DNA of 64,000 bases from a virus. Lineage: Duplodnaviria > Caudoviricetes. Every line of letters starts with the position of its first letter. Position 1 is the stretch's first letter. Below, piece by piece: positions 46,176 through 54,827 of the stretch. The stretch lies in IMG/VR virus record IMGVR_UViG_3300031992_000029, positions 64,001 through 128,000 of that record. One strand, 5' to 3'. The translations under genes were made by a program, and so were the position numbers. Below the pieces are notes generated by a model. It had not been told where the DNA came from and made no database searches. It saw only the letters and a program-made list of their open reading frames with translations.

Positions 46176-46451
46176 AAACATAGCAATCCGTAAGGTCATG
46201 AGGTCCTCCACCGAATAACCTTATGCGCCATGCAGGTAGTGGAGCTCCTCCTGATCTGCTGCATCGCCCTGACGGGTTCGTCGTGATGAGAGTTCGGGTG
46301 ATAGCCCGAATCTCTGAACGACGATCCGTCGTTGGCGTGCAGCAAATTCGGAGGCGGTCCGCTACGAAATTTGCATAAACAATTTCATACTCCTGTTCAC
46401 AACTAAGAGCAGGTTTAGATATGTATAAACCTAATATTCATTGCCATGTTT
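46176..46451 (-). ncRNA. Retron-like msr-msd RNA #4 (class B)
   Basis: IR AAACAUGGCAAU/AUUGCUAUGUUU (one G-U); G at 46439; AGUUGUGAAC stem-loop; long hairpin at about 46236-46365. Confidence 0.85.
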
Positions 46452-46460
46452 TGTAATCGA

Positions 46461-46877
46461 TTACATGTTGATAGCCGTCATAACTTTGTCAGTCGCACGA
46501 TCAATAATTCTTAAATAGTCACCACCCATTTCATCGATGATTTCAGTTACCAATGTTCTAGGATCGTCATCAGCAAATAGTTCTGTATCGTAGTTAGAAT
46601 CGACATCGTCGTATGTAACGAAGTCAGACATGTTCATCTCTATTTCAACATCGACATCGTCTCTGATAAGTTCCCAGACGGAGTCTCTATCCATTTCCGG
46701 CACCGCCCTAGCTAACATTACATAACACTGCACATCTGAAAAATATTCCTCTAAATATCTTATAAAGCACGGAATATCAACAGAAAAATATCTGTCGCCG
46801 TTATACTTGACTATCATTCTTTTTCTCCTTAAACACGAAATCAAAAGCCATTTTAGCTCCAATGAAAAGAGCAACAA
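46461..46877 (-). CDS. Acidic hypothetical protein (likely start near 46817)
   Basis: RBS AAGGAG before MIVKY. Confidence 0.55.
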   Translation of the reverse strand: MLLFSLELKWLLISCLRRKRMIVKYNGDRYFSVDIPCFIRYLEEYFSDVQCYVMLARAVPEMDRDSVWELIRDDVDVEIEMNMSDFVTYDDVDSNYDTELFADDDPRTLVTEIIDEMGGDYLRIIDRATDKVMTAINM

Positions 46878-47100
46878 TTAGTTCATAAACGAATACATAG
46901 AACGTAACGTATGCAAACACAATCGTTATTATTCGCGCTCCTGTCTTTGAGTAGCCCGTCTCCCTTGCATCGTTGTATACCTTCGTATATGGAAAGAAGA
47001 ATACATTTATACTATTGTCTGTATTTATTCCCATAAGCGCCCATAAGATAGCTGAAAGGAAAATCCTTATTGTATTAATAGCTACGATATATCCAAACAT
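46801..47100 (-). CDS. Membrane protein
   Basis: Two hydrophobic segments, RBS AAGGAG. Confidence 0.55.
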   Translation of the reverse strand: MFGYIVAINTIRIFLSAILWALMGINTDNSINVFFFPYTKVYNDARETGYSKTGARIITIVFAYVTFYVFVYELIVALFIGAKMAFDFVFKEKKNDSQV

Positions 47101-47172
47101 TATTACTACTCCTTGTATTGTTTATTTTTATATTGATATTATAATAAATAAATCCTCTTCAAGGATTAACGT

Positions 47173-47201
47173 ATTATAACATACTTTACTTGTTTTGTCA
47201 A
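47173..47201 (-). promoter_or_regulatory. SigA/sigma70 consensus promoter heading the ncRNA #4-#1 cassette
   Basis: TTGACA-17 nt-TATAAT. Confidence 0.85.
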
Positions 47202-47217
47202 CACAATTCTATACGCC

Positions 47218-47586
47218 CTATAGTTCCCAGAAATACTTGTTGAATAATTTCATAAACTCTTCTTTATGGAAATCTACAAGACGTTGAACACGCAACCAAT
47301 CACTCATAGTTAGAAGGCAATGATCTATATCTCCAAAAAGTTCCTTGCGTGCCGCGTCCTCGTCAATCATCCGAAGATGTTCAAGCATATCAATGAGTGC
47401 GTTTTCCCACTCTTCTTCTGTCATGCCGTCTGGATAATATCTAATATTCTTCAGCCGCCACCTTATCATCTTATCCATCGTTTCTTTAAACCAGAAACTG
47501 ATGTTTAATACGTCAAGCTCGCCAAAGCCACGAAATGCCCTCTCTAAGGCATTTTTAATTTCACACAGGTGAATACTCATCTTCAT
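47218..47586 (-). CDS. Hypothetical phage protein
   Basis: 'YP...TEEEW...L..M', 'LF.KYFW.L'; RBS AGGAGG. Confidence 0.6.
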   Translation of the reverse strand: MKMSIHLCEIKNALERAFRGFGELDVLNISFWFKETMDKMIRWRLKNIRYYPDGMTEEEWENALIDMLEHLRMIDEDAARKELFGDIDHCLLTMSDWLRVQRLVDFHKEEFMKLFNKYFWEL

Positions 47587-47639
47587 AATAAAAACCTCCT
47601 ACAGCGCCAAAATGACGCCAAATTTGACCATCTGTGGTG

Positions 47640-47954
47640 TTACCACAAGCAATTAATATCGTCCGGTTTTATTTCGTCGTCTTCATGACTATACGGAACG
47701 AGCCATTCTCCGTGAAATACCCAGTCTCTATTGCTAGAGTCGTATGATTCACGGTTTTCAAACTTAACAAAATATACACGTACACCATCAGCGTCGCTGC
47801 CAGTATCTTTGATAATCCCGCTCTTTTGAATGAGCACGTTCATACTCGGATTCCAGTATATCCCTTCTGTGTACTCTTGTCCGTTCGGGCCAACAACTAA
47901 TACCTCGTCGCCGACCTTATAATTAATATTATAATCCACAATTGCTCCTCTCAT
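47640..47954 (-). CDS. Array protein, SH3/KOW-like + acidic tail
   Basis: YKVGDEV...DDEIKPDDINCLW. Confidence 0.7.
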   Translation of the reverse strand: MRGAIVDYNINYKVGDEVLVVGPNGQEYTEGIYWNPSMNVLIQKSGIIKDTGSDADGVRVYFVKFENRESYDSSNRDWVFHGEWLVPYSHEDDEIKPDDINCLW

Positions 47955-47973
47955 TGATTATAAAACTACACTT

Positions 47974-48255
47974 TTATAGTAGTTCAGACATATCGACTAC
48001 ATCTATGTCTTCATCCACGTCCAAATAGCCGCTTATAGACATCATATGTGGTTCAGGAACCCACGCAATCCTATCAGTAAATTTACCATCAAGTACTCTA
48101 ATAAGATAGTCAGTAATAAAATAGTTGTATTCCTGTACATCTTCGATTATCGCATCTGTAAAATCATCTAAAACCCCTGAACCTAAACGGTTTTCAATAT
48201 GAACACCTGGTTTTAGCGCTACTATTTCCCCGACTTTATATTTTGCTTTCATCAA
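47974..48255 (-). CDS. Array protein, SH3/KOW-like + acidic tail
   Basis: YKVGEIV...DEDIDVVDMSELL. Confidence 0.7.
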   Translation of the reverse strand: MMKAKYKVGEIVALKPGVHIENRLGSGVLDDFTDAIIEDVQEYNYFITDYLIRVLDGKFTDRIAWVPEPHMMSISGYLDVDEDIDVVDMSELL

Positions 48256-48270
48256 TCGGCTCCTTTCGTG

Positions 48271-48504
48271 TCATAAAAGAAGATCAATATCTTCAGGCGT
48301 TATATTTTCGTCTTCAAAGATATCTCTAAGTAGGTTTTCGTTACATAGCCAATTACCAGAATCGTCATCGAAAGAAATCCAATAGATTGGATATATACTG
48401 TGCAGCGTGTCAATACTAACGATCGTACATCTCCTGCCATGAAACCTTGCATTGTCTCCGACGAAGACCGCACAATCGCCAGGTTTATACTTATTATTTG
48501 GCAT
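48271..48504 (-). CDS. Array protein, SH3/KOW-like + acidic tail
   Basis: Start moved to MPNNKYKPGD; ends DENITPEDIDLLL. Confidence 0.65.
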   Translation of the reverse strand: MPNNKYKPGDCAVFVGDNARFHGRRCTIVSIDTLHSIYPIYWISFDDDSGNWLCNENLLRDIFEDENITPEDIDLLL

Positions 48505-48514
48505 GTAAAGTCTA

Positions 48515-48826
48515 TTATCCAAGTAAAACCTCAATTCCCTCAGCGCATATATCGTCTTCTTCGTAAAACTTATCTGCATATCCTGCGATATAATTCTCAT
48601 CATAACAGACATAGTATAAACCGTTATCTTTATCAAAGCCACTTAAAAACAGATCGATGAGATAATCAGGCGCGAATGCGTTAAACTCAATCACGTCTGT
48701 TATTATTCCGGTAGTGTTATCGTCAGCACGCCTTCCGTCTTCCCCGATGGTAGTACCTGGTTTTATTTTGATGATATCACCAACCTTATATTTTGCTTTT
48801 CTCATATTAACTAACACCCTCCACAT
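48515..48826 (-). CDS. Array protein, SH3/KOW-like + acidic tail
   Basis: YKVGDII...EDDICAEGIEVLLG. Confidence 0.7.
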   Translation of the reverse strand: MWRVLVNMRKAKYKVGDIIKIKPGTTIGEDGRRADDNTTGIITDVIEFNAFAPDYLIDLFLSGFDKDNGLYYVCYDENYIAGYADKFYEEDDICAEGIEVLLG

Positions 48827-49147
48827 TCAAAGAAGAAAACAAATTTCCTCTGCATGTATATCCTCTTCTTTATAAAATTTATCTGCATATCCAACGATAT
48901 AGCGTTCGTCAAAGTATTGATAATACGAATCACAATCGACTTCGAGAGGACCATTTAGAGATAGATCAATGCCATAGTCAGGGTCAAGTGTAGAACAATT
49001 GTATTCAAATACATCTGTTATTACACCAAAAGTATTATCGTCAGACTTCTTTTTGTACTTGCTAATGGAAACACCTTGTCTTATTTGAACAACATCACCG
49101 ACTTTATATTTTGCTTTTCCCATATTATCTGTGCCCCTCGCATTCAA
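48827..49147 (-). CDS. Array protein, SH3/KOW-like + acidic tail
   Basis: YKVGDVV...EEDIHAEEICFLL. Confidence 0.7.
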   Translation of the reverse strand: MNARGTDNMGKAKYKVGDVVQIRQGVSISKYKKKSDDNTFGVITDVFEYNCSTLDPDYGIDLSLNGPLEVDCDSYYQYFDERYIVGYADKFYKEEDIHAEEICFLL

Positions 49148-49514
49148 AAAGAAAATTTATTTCCTCAGTGCAGATATCATCATCGTTAAAAAACCTACCT
49201 CTACGCTCGGCAATATCATCCTGGTTGAAACGACGGTAATATAAAGATCTGTTATCTTCATCGCTAAGAAATAAATCAACATAATATTCAGTGTAATTAA
49301 ATTTACTGTATTCCTTTACTTCAACTACTACTCCTCTTGTATTACATCCGGCCTTCTTCCCGAGACGACCAATAGTCCTACCTCGTTTTATTCTAACGAT
49401 ATCACCCACCTCGTATTTTATCATTTTACGCTTAGCCTTCCTTTCATACCGAGCGATATCACCGAATACACGTTTTGTTATTGTTTCATAGTCCATTTCC
49501 CACCTCATCAGCAT
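49125..49514 (-). CDS. Array protein, SH3/KOW-like + acidic tail
   Basis: YEVGDIV...DDDICTEEINFLF. Confidence 0.65.
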   Translation of the reverse strand: MLMRWEMDYETITKRVFGDIARYERKAKRKMIKYEVGDIVRIKRGRTIGRLGKKAGCNTRGVVVEVKEYSKFNYTEYYVDLFLSDEDNRSLYYRRFNQDDIAERRGRFFNDDDICTEEINFLFECEGHR

Positions 49515-49765
49515 AAGATATAAGACATATCTTCTGTCTGGAAATCATCTTCCTCGAAAAACGGTTCTATATCTGTGTCAACTCTAACATACCAGCCTTC
49601 TACCTTTCCATCAAAGTTAAACACTACATAGTCGTGATCATATAAGACACCAACAACAGTACGCCCATCTTTCATAGCTCTTTTTATATTGCTTGAAAAA
49701 TCGGACAGGAACTCCATCCCGTCCTGCGTAAGAACAACCTTATCGTCATTTTTAAACACTGACAC
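49508..49765 (-). CDS. Array protein + acidic tail
   Basis: FKNDDKV...EDDFQTEDMSYILC. Confidence 0.65.
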   Translation of the reverse strand: MSVFKNDDKVVLTQDGMEFLSDFSSNIKRAMKDGRTVVGVLYDHDYVVFNFDGKVEGWYVRVDTDIEPFFEEDDFQTEDMSYILC

Positions 49766-49771
49766 CCCTTT

Positions 49772-50062
49772 CTATCCCGTTATATCAAACAGAAATTCTA
49801 TATTTTCAACATCAAAATCATCATGCTCATCCTCGAATCTAATCGGTGCCAACCACTCATCAACAAACCATAACGATTGCAAGTAGATATCGTCGTCTTC
49901 AAGTATGTATACAGTTCCCATGTAATATGGAACTGAGGTGCTAGCTATGACAGCTTCGTGTCCAATATATTCATCCATGAGATCAGCAAGCCACGGCACT
50001 CCTCTTATAACTTCGTCACTCTTCTTAGGTCCAATAATCCGAACCTTTGTTCCAATCATCAT
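49772..50062 (-). CDS. Array protein, SH3/KOW-like + acidic tail
   Basis: IGTKVRIIGP...W...MDEYIG...WL...DDFDVENIEFLF. Confidence 0.7.
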   Translation of the reverse strand: MMIGTKVRIIGPKKSDEVIRGVPWLADLMDEYIGHEAVIASTSVPYYMGTVYILEDDDIYLQSLWFVDEWLAPIRFEDEHDDFDVENIEFLFDITG

Positions 50063-50334
50063 AAAGCACCTCCAAGAAGCTCACTAATAATGGTGTCTGT
50101 TGAAACGCCTTCGTCATATTCTTCGTCTGTGCTACTGTTCATCACCGATAATTCTTCTTCGTAAAAATATAACGGCACTAGAAATTTCCTGTTATGAAAC
50201 TTCACAGCATAAAGAGTATCAGCGTGTTCAAACTTATGTATCCCGCTTATAACCCCAGCCTCACCGATAAGTTGCCTTCTCGTGTTAGCACCGAAGACTC
50301 TTTCGTTAATAATCACTTCAGTTCCTACTTCCAT
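50059..50334 (-). CDS. Array protein, SH3/KOW-like + divergent acidic tail
   Basis: Start MEVGTEV after RBS GGAGG. Confidence 0.6.
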   Translation of the reverse strand: MEVGTEVIINERVFGANTRRQLIGEAGVISGIHKFEHADTLYAVKFHNRKFLVPLYFYEEELSVMNSSTDEEYDEGVSTDTIISELLGGAL

Positions 50335-50372
50335 TTTTATTACCTCCAACAATAAATATAACCGTAGAAAAG

Positions 50373-50401
50373 CACCCCGTTCCCACCGGGGTGCCTCTAC
50401 G
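50373..50401 (-). terminator. Intrinsic terminator
   Basis: GCACCCCG-...-CGGGGTGC followed by TTTTCT on the minus strand. Confidence 0.6.
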
Positions 50402-50540
50402 ACGCCACTATTACACGAAAGGAGCAAAAAACAGAAAGGATATACAGCACTCTATACTAAGGCAAACACAGCGTGGCGAGACTGTGTTAAAAGCAAAAAG
50501 TAGCCAAATCTTGCGGATTTGTCAAAGCAAAATCCAGCGA

Positions 50541-50584
50541 TTTTAGAACCTTTTAGAACCGTTTAGAACCATCAAGGTTCTAAA
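50541..50584. repeat. Three tandem TTTAGAACC repeats plus one inverted copy
   Basis: 50541-50570 with 10-bp period; GGTTCTAAA at 50576-50584. Confidence 0.8.
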
Positions 50585-50727
50585 TCAATTTTAAAATGGC
50601 TTATTTACGCCATTTTTCGGGCCTCTCCTTAAAGAACTATCAGAGGGAAACCCGGTTCCATTTCAATATAACAAGTATTGTTTCAATACTAGCCAAAAAT
50701 TCAAAGTAGTCATAAAATTAATTTAAT

Positions 50728-50960
50728 TTCCAAAAGAAACAATAGAATCAGCATATGTTTTAAAGCTCAGAGATCCTGATTGTGATCAGCTGGAGGCAGC
50801 TCCTGGGATATCTGAATTGGTAGTGGCAGCTGGCTCTTGAGGGCCCAGATCCTGCTGAATTCATTCGGCGGGCGGGTCTTGCCGTTCCCACAAAGTGATA
50901 CCGTCGTTTACAACTGGCGGCACAGATTAAAATCTGTAATACATTGCTATTGTTTTGGAA
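50728..50960 (-). ncRNA. Retron-like msr-msd RNA #5 (class A)
   Basis: IR UUCCAAAACAAUAGCAAU / AUUCUAUUGUUUCUUUUGGAA; G at 50942; msr nearly identical to #6. Confidence 0.8.
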
Positions 50961-50976
50961 GTTGAATAATTATTTA

Positions 50977-51213
50977 TTATATAATACTGAATATATCTTC
51001 GATTTTTATATCCTCTTCTTCCTCTATATGACGAAGAAATTCCTCATGCAGATAAAGAGATCCAGTATCGGTTTGTATAAGATATCTATTTCCATATTTG
51101 TTACTGTACTCCATCACGCTACCGACAATACCATTAAAATATCTATAATATACACTATCTTTTGGTACCGTGATGACAACGCATTCTCCTATATTAAATT
51201 CATGGCACATCAT
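50977..51213 (-). CDS. Array protein, SH3/KOW-like + acidic tail
   Basis: FNIGECV...EEDIKIEDIFSII. Confidence 0.7.
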   Translation of the reverse strand: MMCHEFNIGECVVITVPKDSVYYRYFNGIVGSVMEYSNKYGNRYLIQTDTGSLYLHEEFLRHIEEEEDIKIEDIFSII

Positions 51214-51437
51214 ATAATACCTGACAGGTCAACAGCTTCTATATCTTCATCATCTTCTGCGAGTTCAAGATGCTTACCAGACATTACTATTGCACAATTT
51301 TCATTTATACCTACATGAAACTGACCGAGAGCGTTAATGTAAACTACCGTTCCGACGTGACCGTTGAAACCAGCTCGCATATCCTTGGAACCCTCTGGCA
51401 TTTTTATTACAACTCTGTCACCAATTTGGAATTTCAT
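51210..51437 (-). CDS. Array protein, SH3/KOW-like + acidic tail
   Basis: FQIGDRV...DEDIEAVDLSGII. Confidence 0.7.
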   Translation of the reverse strand: MKFQIGDRVVIKMPEGSKDMRAGFNGHVGTVVYINALGQFHVGINENCAIVMSGKHLELAEDDEDIEAVDLSGII

Positions 51438-51449
51438 TTATCCCTCCAG

Positions 51450-51683
51450 TTACATAATGTTAAATAAATCTTCAGCATCTATTTCCTCGTCAGGTTCAAG
51501 ACGCTTAATACGCCTAACATATTTCACAGGCCACCAACCATTATCAGCTCCGTCAACTTTTACAAATTCACTGACCGCATCTTCTCCTGTATCTTTCACT
51601 GTGCAAATACAACCGTCGTACTTGTGGAATACACTGCGTTCTGGACATTCTATGATGACGGTATCACCTATATGAAATTTCAT
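51450..51683 (-). CDS. Array protein, SH3/KOW-like + acidic tail
   Basis: FHIGDTV...DEEIDAEDLFNIM. Confidence 0.7.
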   Translation of the reverse strand: MKFHIGDTVIIECPERSVFHKYDGCICTVKDTGEDAVSEFVKVDGADNGWWPVKYVRRIKRLEPDEEIDAEDLFNIM

Positions 51684-51693
51684 TTTTTAAACC

Positions 51694-51933
51694 TCATGAC
51701 ATAATGTCGCTTAAGTCAACAAGTTCTATCAGTTCATCTTGTTCTGGTTTGTAGTGTCTTACGTATCCAGGTGGCAAAAATTTCCATTTAAACTCATCTT
51801 CCGATGAGATTTTTACCCACCCCATATTATCGATAGCTATAACTTCTTTGATAAGCCCGTTATATGATTCAACTATGCTTCCAGGTGGACATGTTATAAT
51901 TACTGTATCTCCAACCTTAAAATCCCTGTCCAT
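51694..51933 (-). CDS. Array protein, SH3/KOW-like + acidic tail
   Basis: FKVGDTV...DELIELVDLSDIMS. Confidence 0.7.
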   Translation of the reverse strand: MDRDFKVGDTVIITCPPGSIVESYNGLIKEVIAIDNMGWVKISSEDEFKWKFLPPGYVRHYKPEQDELIELVDLSDIMS

Positions 51934-51943
51934 AAAACCAACC

Positions 51944-52177
51944 TCACATTATACTTGACAAATCCTGTAACTCTATCTCTTCATCTTTCTCCTCTTTTAC
52001 GAGAAAGCTCGGAGGCCACCAATGTATTACTCTGCATTCGTTAAGTTTTACCCATCCCATATCGTCGATCTCAAGAACCTCGTGAGCACTACCTTCATAT
52101 TCTTCTTTGAAGTCGTTATGAGATTCAAAGTTCAACGGGAATGTTATTATTACAATATCTCCTTTTTTAAATTCCAT
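51944..52177 (-). CDS. Array protein, SH3/KOW-like + acidic tail
   Basis: FKKGDIV...DEEIELQDLSSIM. Confidence 0.7.
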   Translation of the reverse strand: MEFKKGDIVIITFPLNFESHNDFKEEYEGSAHEVLEIDDMGWVKLNECRVIHWWPPSFLVKEEKDEEIELQDLSSIM

Positions 52178-52207
52178 GATATCACCGCATGCTGAATTCG
52201 ATTTCCA

Positions 52208-52453
52208 TTAGATTCCTCCGATCAGCATATTCATATCAGCCTGTTCTATGTTTTCGTCTACATTATCGCCACCGAAGTGTTCTAACCACTCGATGGGCCA
52301 AAGGCCATCATCTGTATTTGATAACGCTACGAAAGTCTCGTTAAACTTTTCAGATATTGTTGTAACTACACCATTGAATTTTTTGTAATACAGTGTGTCT
52401 TTTCTATCATCTGGTATTTTCAGTACAACCACATCGTCTTTGTTAAATACCAT
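52208..52453 (-). CDS. Array protein, SH3/KOW-like + acidic tail
   Basis: FNKDDVV...DENIEQADMNMLI. Confidence 0.7.
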   Translation of the reverse strand: MVFNKDDVVVLKIPDDRKDTLYYKKFNGVVTTISEKFNETFVALSNTDDGLWPIEWLEHFGGDNVDENIEQADMNMLIGGI

Positions 52454-52468
52454 ATACGCCTCCTAATA

Positions 52469-52747
52469 TCAGAACAGGAATGATATATCTTGTGGATGAA
52501 TATTCTCTTCGACATCGTCTCCTGTTCGTACTGGTTCGAGCCAATCCTGGTTGAATAACCAGCCTTTATACCTGACATAACCGGTGTCGTCATTGACAAA
52601 ATCAATTTTAAATGTGCATCCGTCCAAACTATCCATTGAAGAAACCCAGCGAGGCATATCGTATATATGATCACCGCTTGGTTTCCTAATGGTAACTTTG
52701 TCTCCTACATTAAACTTAAAACGCATTACAACCTCTTTCTTAAGCAT
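52469..52747 (-). CDS. Array protein, SH3/KOW-like + acidic tail
   Basis: FNVGDKV...WVSSMD...EENIHPQDISFLF. Confidence 0.7.
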   Translation of the reverse strand: MLKKEVVMRFKFNVGDKVTIRKPSGDHIYDMPRWVSSMDSLDGCTFKIDFVNDDTGYVRYKGWLFNQDWLEPVRTGDDVEENIHPQDISFLF

Positions 52748-53030
52748 AAAGCATATCCAGTTCTGTTGCTGCTATACTTTCCTCCACCTCATCCTCGTAT
52801 TGCCTGGAGATAAGAGTAAGCCAGTCCTCGGCAAACCAATATCCATGATACCAGATATCATGACCGTCGATATTGGAGTATAATTCTTCGGTGATCTCGA
52901 ATATTTCACCATCGAAATCATCCATGTCTTCGTACCATCCAGGTCCGACATTTTCTATTTCGTCACGGTCGCCATCAGGCATATTAATCCTGACGATATC
53001 GCCAACCTGAAATTGAAATTTCCGTTTCAT
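52740..53030 (-). CDS. Array protein, SH3/KOW-like + acidic tail
   Basis: FQVGDIV...EESIAATELDMLYA. Confidence 0.7.
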   Translation of the reverse strand: MKRKFQFQVGDIVRINMPDGDRDEIENVGPGWYEDMDDFDGEIFEITEELYSNIDGHDIWYHGYWFAEDWLTLISRQYEDEVEESIAATELDMLYA

Positions 53031-53039
53031 AATCCTCCT

Positions 53040-53249
53040 TTACAACATTGCCAGGATATCTTCCGGTGAGATATCATCGTCTGCATCATTCATTTCATCT
53101 GGAATAATAGCAACGATCGGAGACTCGATAATAAATTCTTCAGCTGTGCACATACCAACAAACCAATCATCCCCATCATGATAGTATTTCGGTTCGTTTG
53201 TAGCCTGTCGTATTCTGCAAAGTAATTCATCGACATCTATAAGTCTCAT
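53040..53249 (-). CDS. MR.ID-family protein carrying the array tail
   Basis: MRLIDVDELL...DDDISPEDILAML. Confidence 0.65.
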   Translation of the reverse strand: MRLIDVDELLCRIRQATNEPKYYHDGDDWFVGMCTAEEFIIESPIVAIIPDEMNDADDDISPEDILAML

Positions 53250-53257
53250 AATTCACC

Positions 53258-53491
53258 TCAAAATAAAATGGATAAATCCTGAACGTTGATTTCTTCCTCA
53301 TTTCCATCGCTGTAAAAATCGATCCATTCTAAGTACGTTCTGAATGTCTCACTGGCCCATTTTCCTCTATCTTTGGTTTCTAAATCAACCGTATCCCCGT
53401 CTATTTTGGTTATATATCCAACGAAGCCAGGTCTATAGGATGTTTCATTAACTACTACTACAACGTCTCCTACGTGAAATTTACATTTCAT
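53258..53491 (-). CDS. Array protein, SH3/KOW-like + acidic tail
   Basis: FHVGDVV...EEEINVQDLSILF. Confidence 0.7.
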   Translation of the reverse strand: MKCKFHVGDVVVVVNETSYRPGFVGYITKIDGDTVDLETKDRGKWASETFRTYLEWIDFYSDGNEEEINVQDLSILF

Positions 53492-53499
53492 AATGCCTC

Positions 53500-53739
53500 C
53501 TACTCGAAAAGAGCCTGCAGGTCTTCGCTCTCGAAGTTATCTTCGTCGTAAACCTGTTCTAACCACACCTTACTAAAATAAAGGTCTCCGAACCCGTCAA
53601 TCTTTACATCATAATCGTCGGCATAGATGATCTTACCGCTCTTGCCGAGATACTTTTTCATGCCGCTTAACCACATCAGACTAGATCTCAAATGAGGTTT
53701 GGGCCCTACAAGTTTAACTACATCGCCAACGTCAAACAT
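53500..53739 (-). CDS. Array protein, SH3/KOW-like + acidic tail
   Basis: FDVGDVV...EDNFESEDLQALFE. Confidence 0.7.
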   Translation of the reverse strand: MFDVGDVVKLVGPKPHLRSSLMWLSGMKKYLGKSGKIIYADDYDVKIDGFGDLYFSKVWLEQVYDEDNFESEDLQALFE

Positions 53740-53748
53740 ATTCCCTCC

Positions 53749-53979
53749 TTAATACAGGATTGATAAATCCTGTGCTTCAAAACTGTCATCGGTATGGAAC
53801 GGTTTAAGCCACGATACATGTGCGAGGCACTGTTTATGTCTTGCATTGCAATTTTCTAATCTTACGAAATTTCCGCCAGATGACTTCCTGGTTATCACCC
53901 CAACGTACCCGTTACTTTTGAAACTGAAATCGTTTGGTTTATTAATTATTACAACATCGCCTATGCAAAACTTCCCCAT
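53749..53979 (-). CDS. Array protein, SH3/KOW-like + acidic tail
   Basis: FCIGDVV...DDSFEAQDLSILY. Confidence 0.7.
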   Translation of the reverse strand: MGKFCIGDVVIINKPNDFSFKSNGYVGVITRKSSGGNFVRLENCNARHKQCLAHVSWLKPFHTDDSFEAQDLSILY

Positions 53980-54000
53980 ACCACACCTCGCCTTCTTATT

Positions 54001-54342
54001 TTAAACACTAAATAACTCGGAGATATCTTCTACATCTATCGACTCATCTTCTTCATATTTTTCGAACCATTTAACTGGTAAAAATGCATCAGCCATGAAT
54101 TCCTCAGACCATATTGCGTCGTCTAGTCCGTATCCTCTTTTTCTTACTTCTGAGACAGTCATGATACTTCCGGCATGAATATCATCACTTACAAATTTCA
54201 TGTCATGTAATAGATCTATGACATGTTGTGGTGCTACAAGTACTACCTTATCTCCTGGTGCGACAAGTGCTACCTCTCCTGCGTGAAATTTATGTTTTGT
54301 TTCCATTTTGTTACCATATACATGAGATGTCCGTTTTATCAA
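54001..54342 (-). CDS. Array protein + acidic tail
   Basis: FHAGEV...DESIDVEDISELFSV. Confidence 0.65.
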   Translation of the reverse strand: MIKRTSHVYGNKMETKHKFHAGEVALVAPGDKVVLVAPQHVIDLLHDMKFVSDDIHAGSIMTVSEVRKRGYGLDDAIWSEEFMADAFLPVKWFEKYEEDESIDVEDISELFSV

Positions 54343-54598
54343 ATACCTCTTCTGTCTCTTCTTTTACGAGCTGAAGCCAATTGATATTGAAGAAAGAAAA
54401 CGAATCATCGTTACTAAGCAAGGCGGTGTTATCGCCAAAGACATCAAATACAATAAAAATTTTCCCATCGTACTTATCCATATCTGCAACCCATATTGGA
54501 TGTTCCCAAACATCTAGTGGTTTATGAACTACAACAACATCGCCTTTAGATATCTTACTCATACAAATCTCCGATTTCTGTATCAAATTCGTCATCAT
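54311..54598 (-). CDS. Array protein, SH3/KOW-like + acidic tail
   Basis: KGDVVVVHKP...W..DMDKYDG...EEVFDKTDISCIW. Confidence 0.7.
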   Translation of the reverse strand: MMTNLIQKSEICMSKISKGDVVVVHKPLDVWEHPIWVADMDKYDGKIFIVFDVFGDNTALLSNDDSFSFFNINWLQLVKEETEEVFDKTDISCIW

Positions 54599-54818
54599 GA
54601 TGTGTTGCTGATGTAGCGAGTGACAGCCATGTCCGATGGAACGCGAGGTGCTCGTTTATGTCAAGCACATAGAATCCATGTTTTAGACTGAATATCTTTG
54701 TAACAAATGTAACGGCGTTATCATACGATTCATATTCCTTTCTGGCTGCACTGCTTACTTCGTCAGGGATTTTAATTACCACCTCATCCCCAACCATTAA
54801 TTCATCTTTTCCGTCCAT
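54555..54818 (-). CDS. Array protein, SH3/KOW-like + acidic tail
   Basis: VGDEVVI...DDEFDTEIGDLYE. Confidence 0.7.
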   Translation of the reverse strand: MDGKDELMVGDEVVIKIPDEVSSAARKEYESYDNAVTFVTKIFSLKHGFYVLDINEHLAFHRTWLSLATSATHHDDEFDTEIGDLYE

Positions 54819-54827
54819 GTTGCCTCC

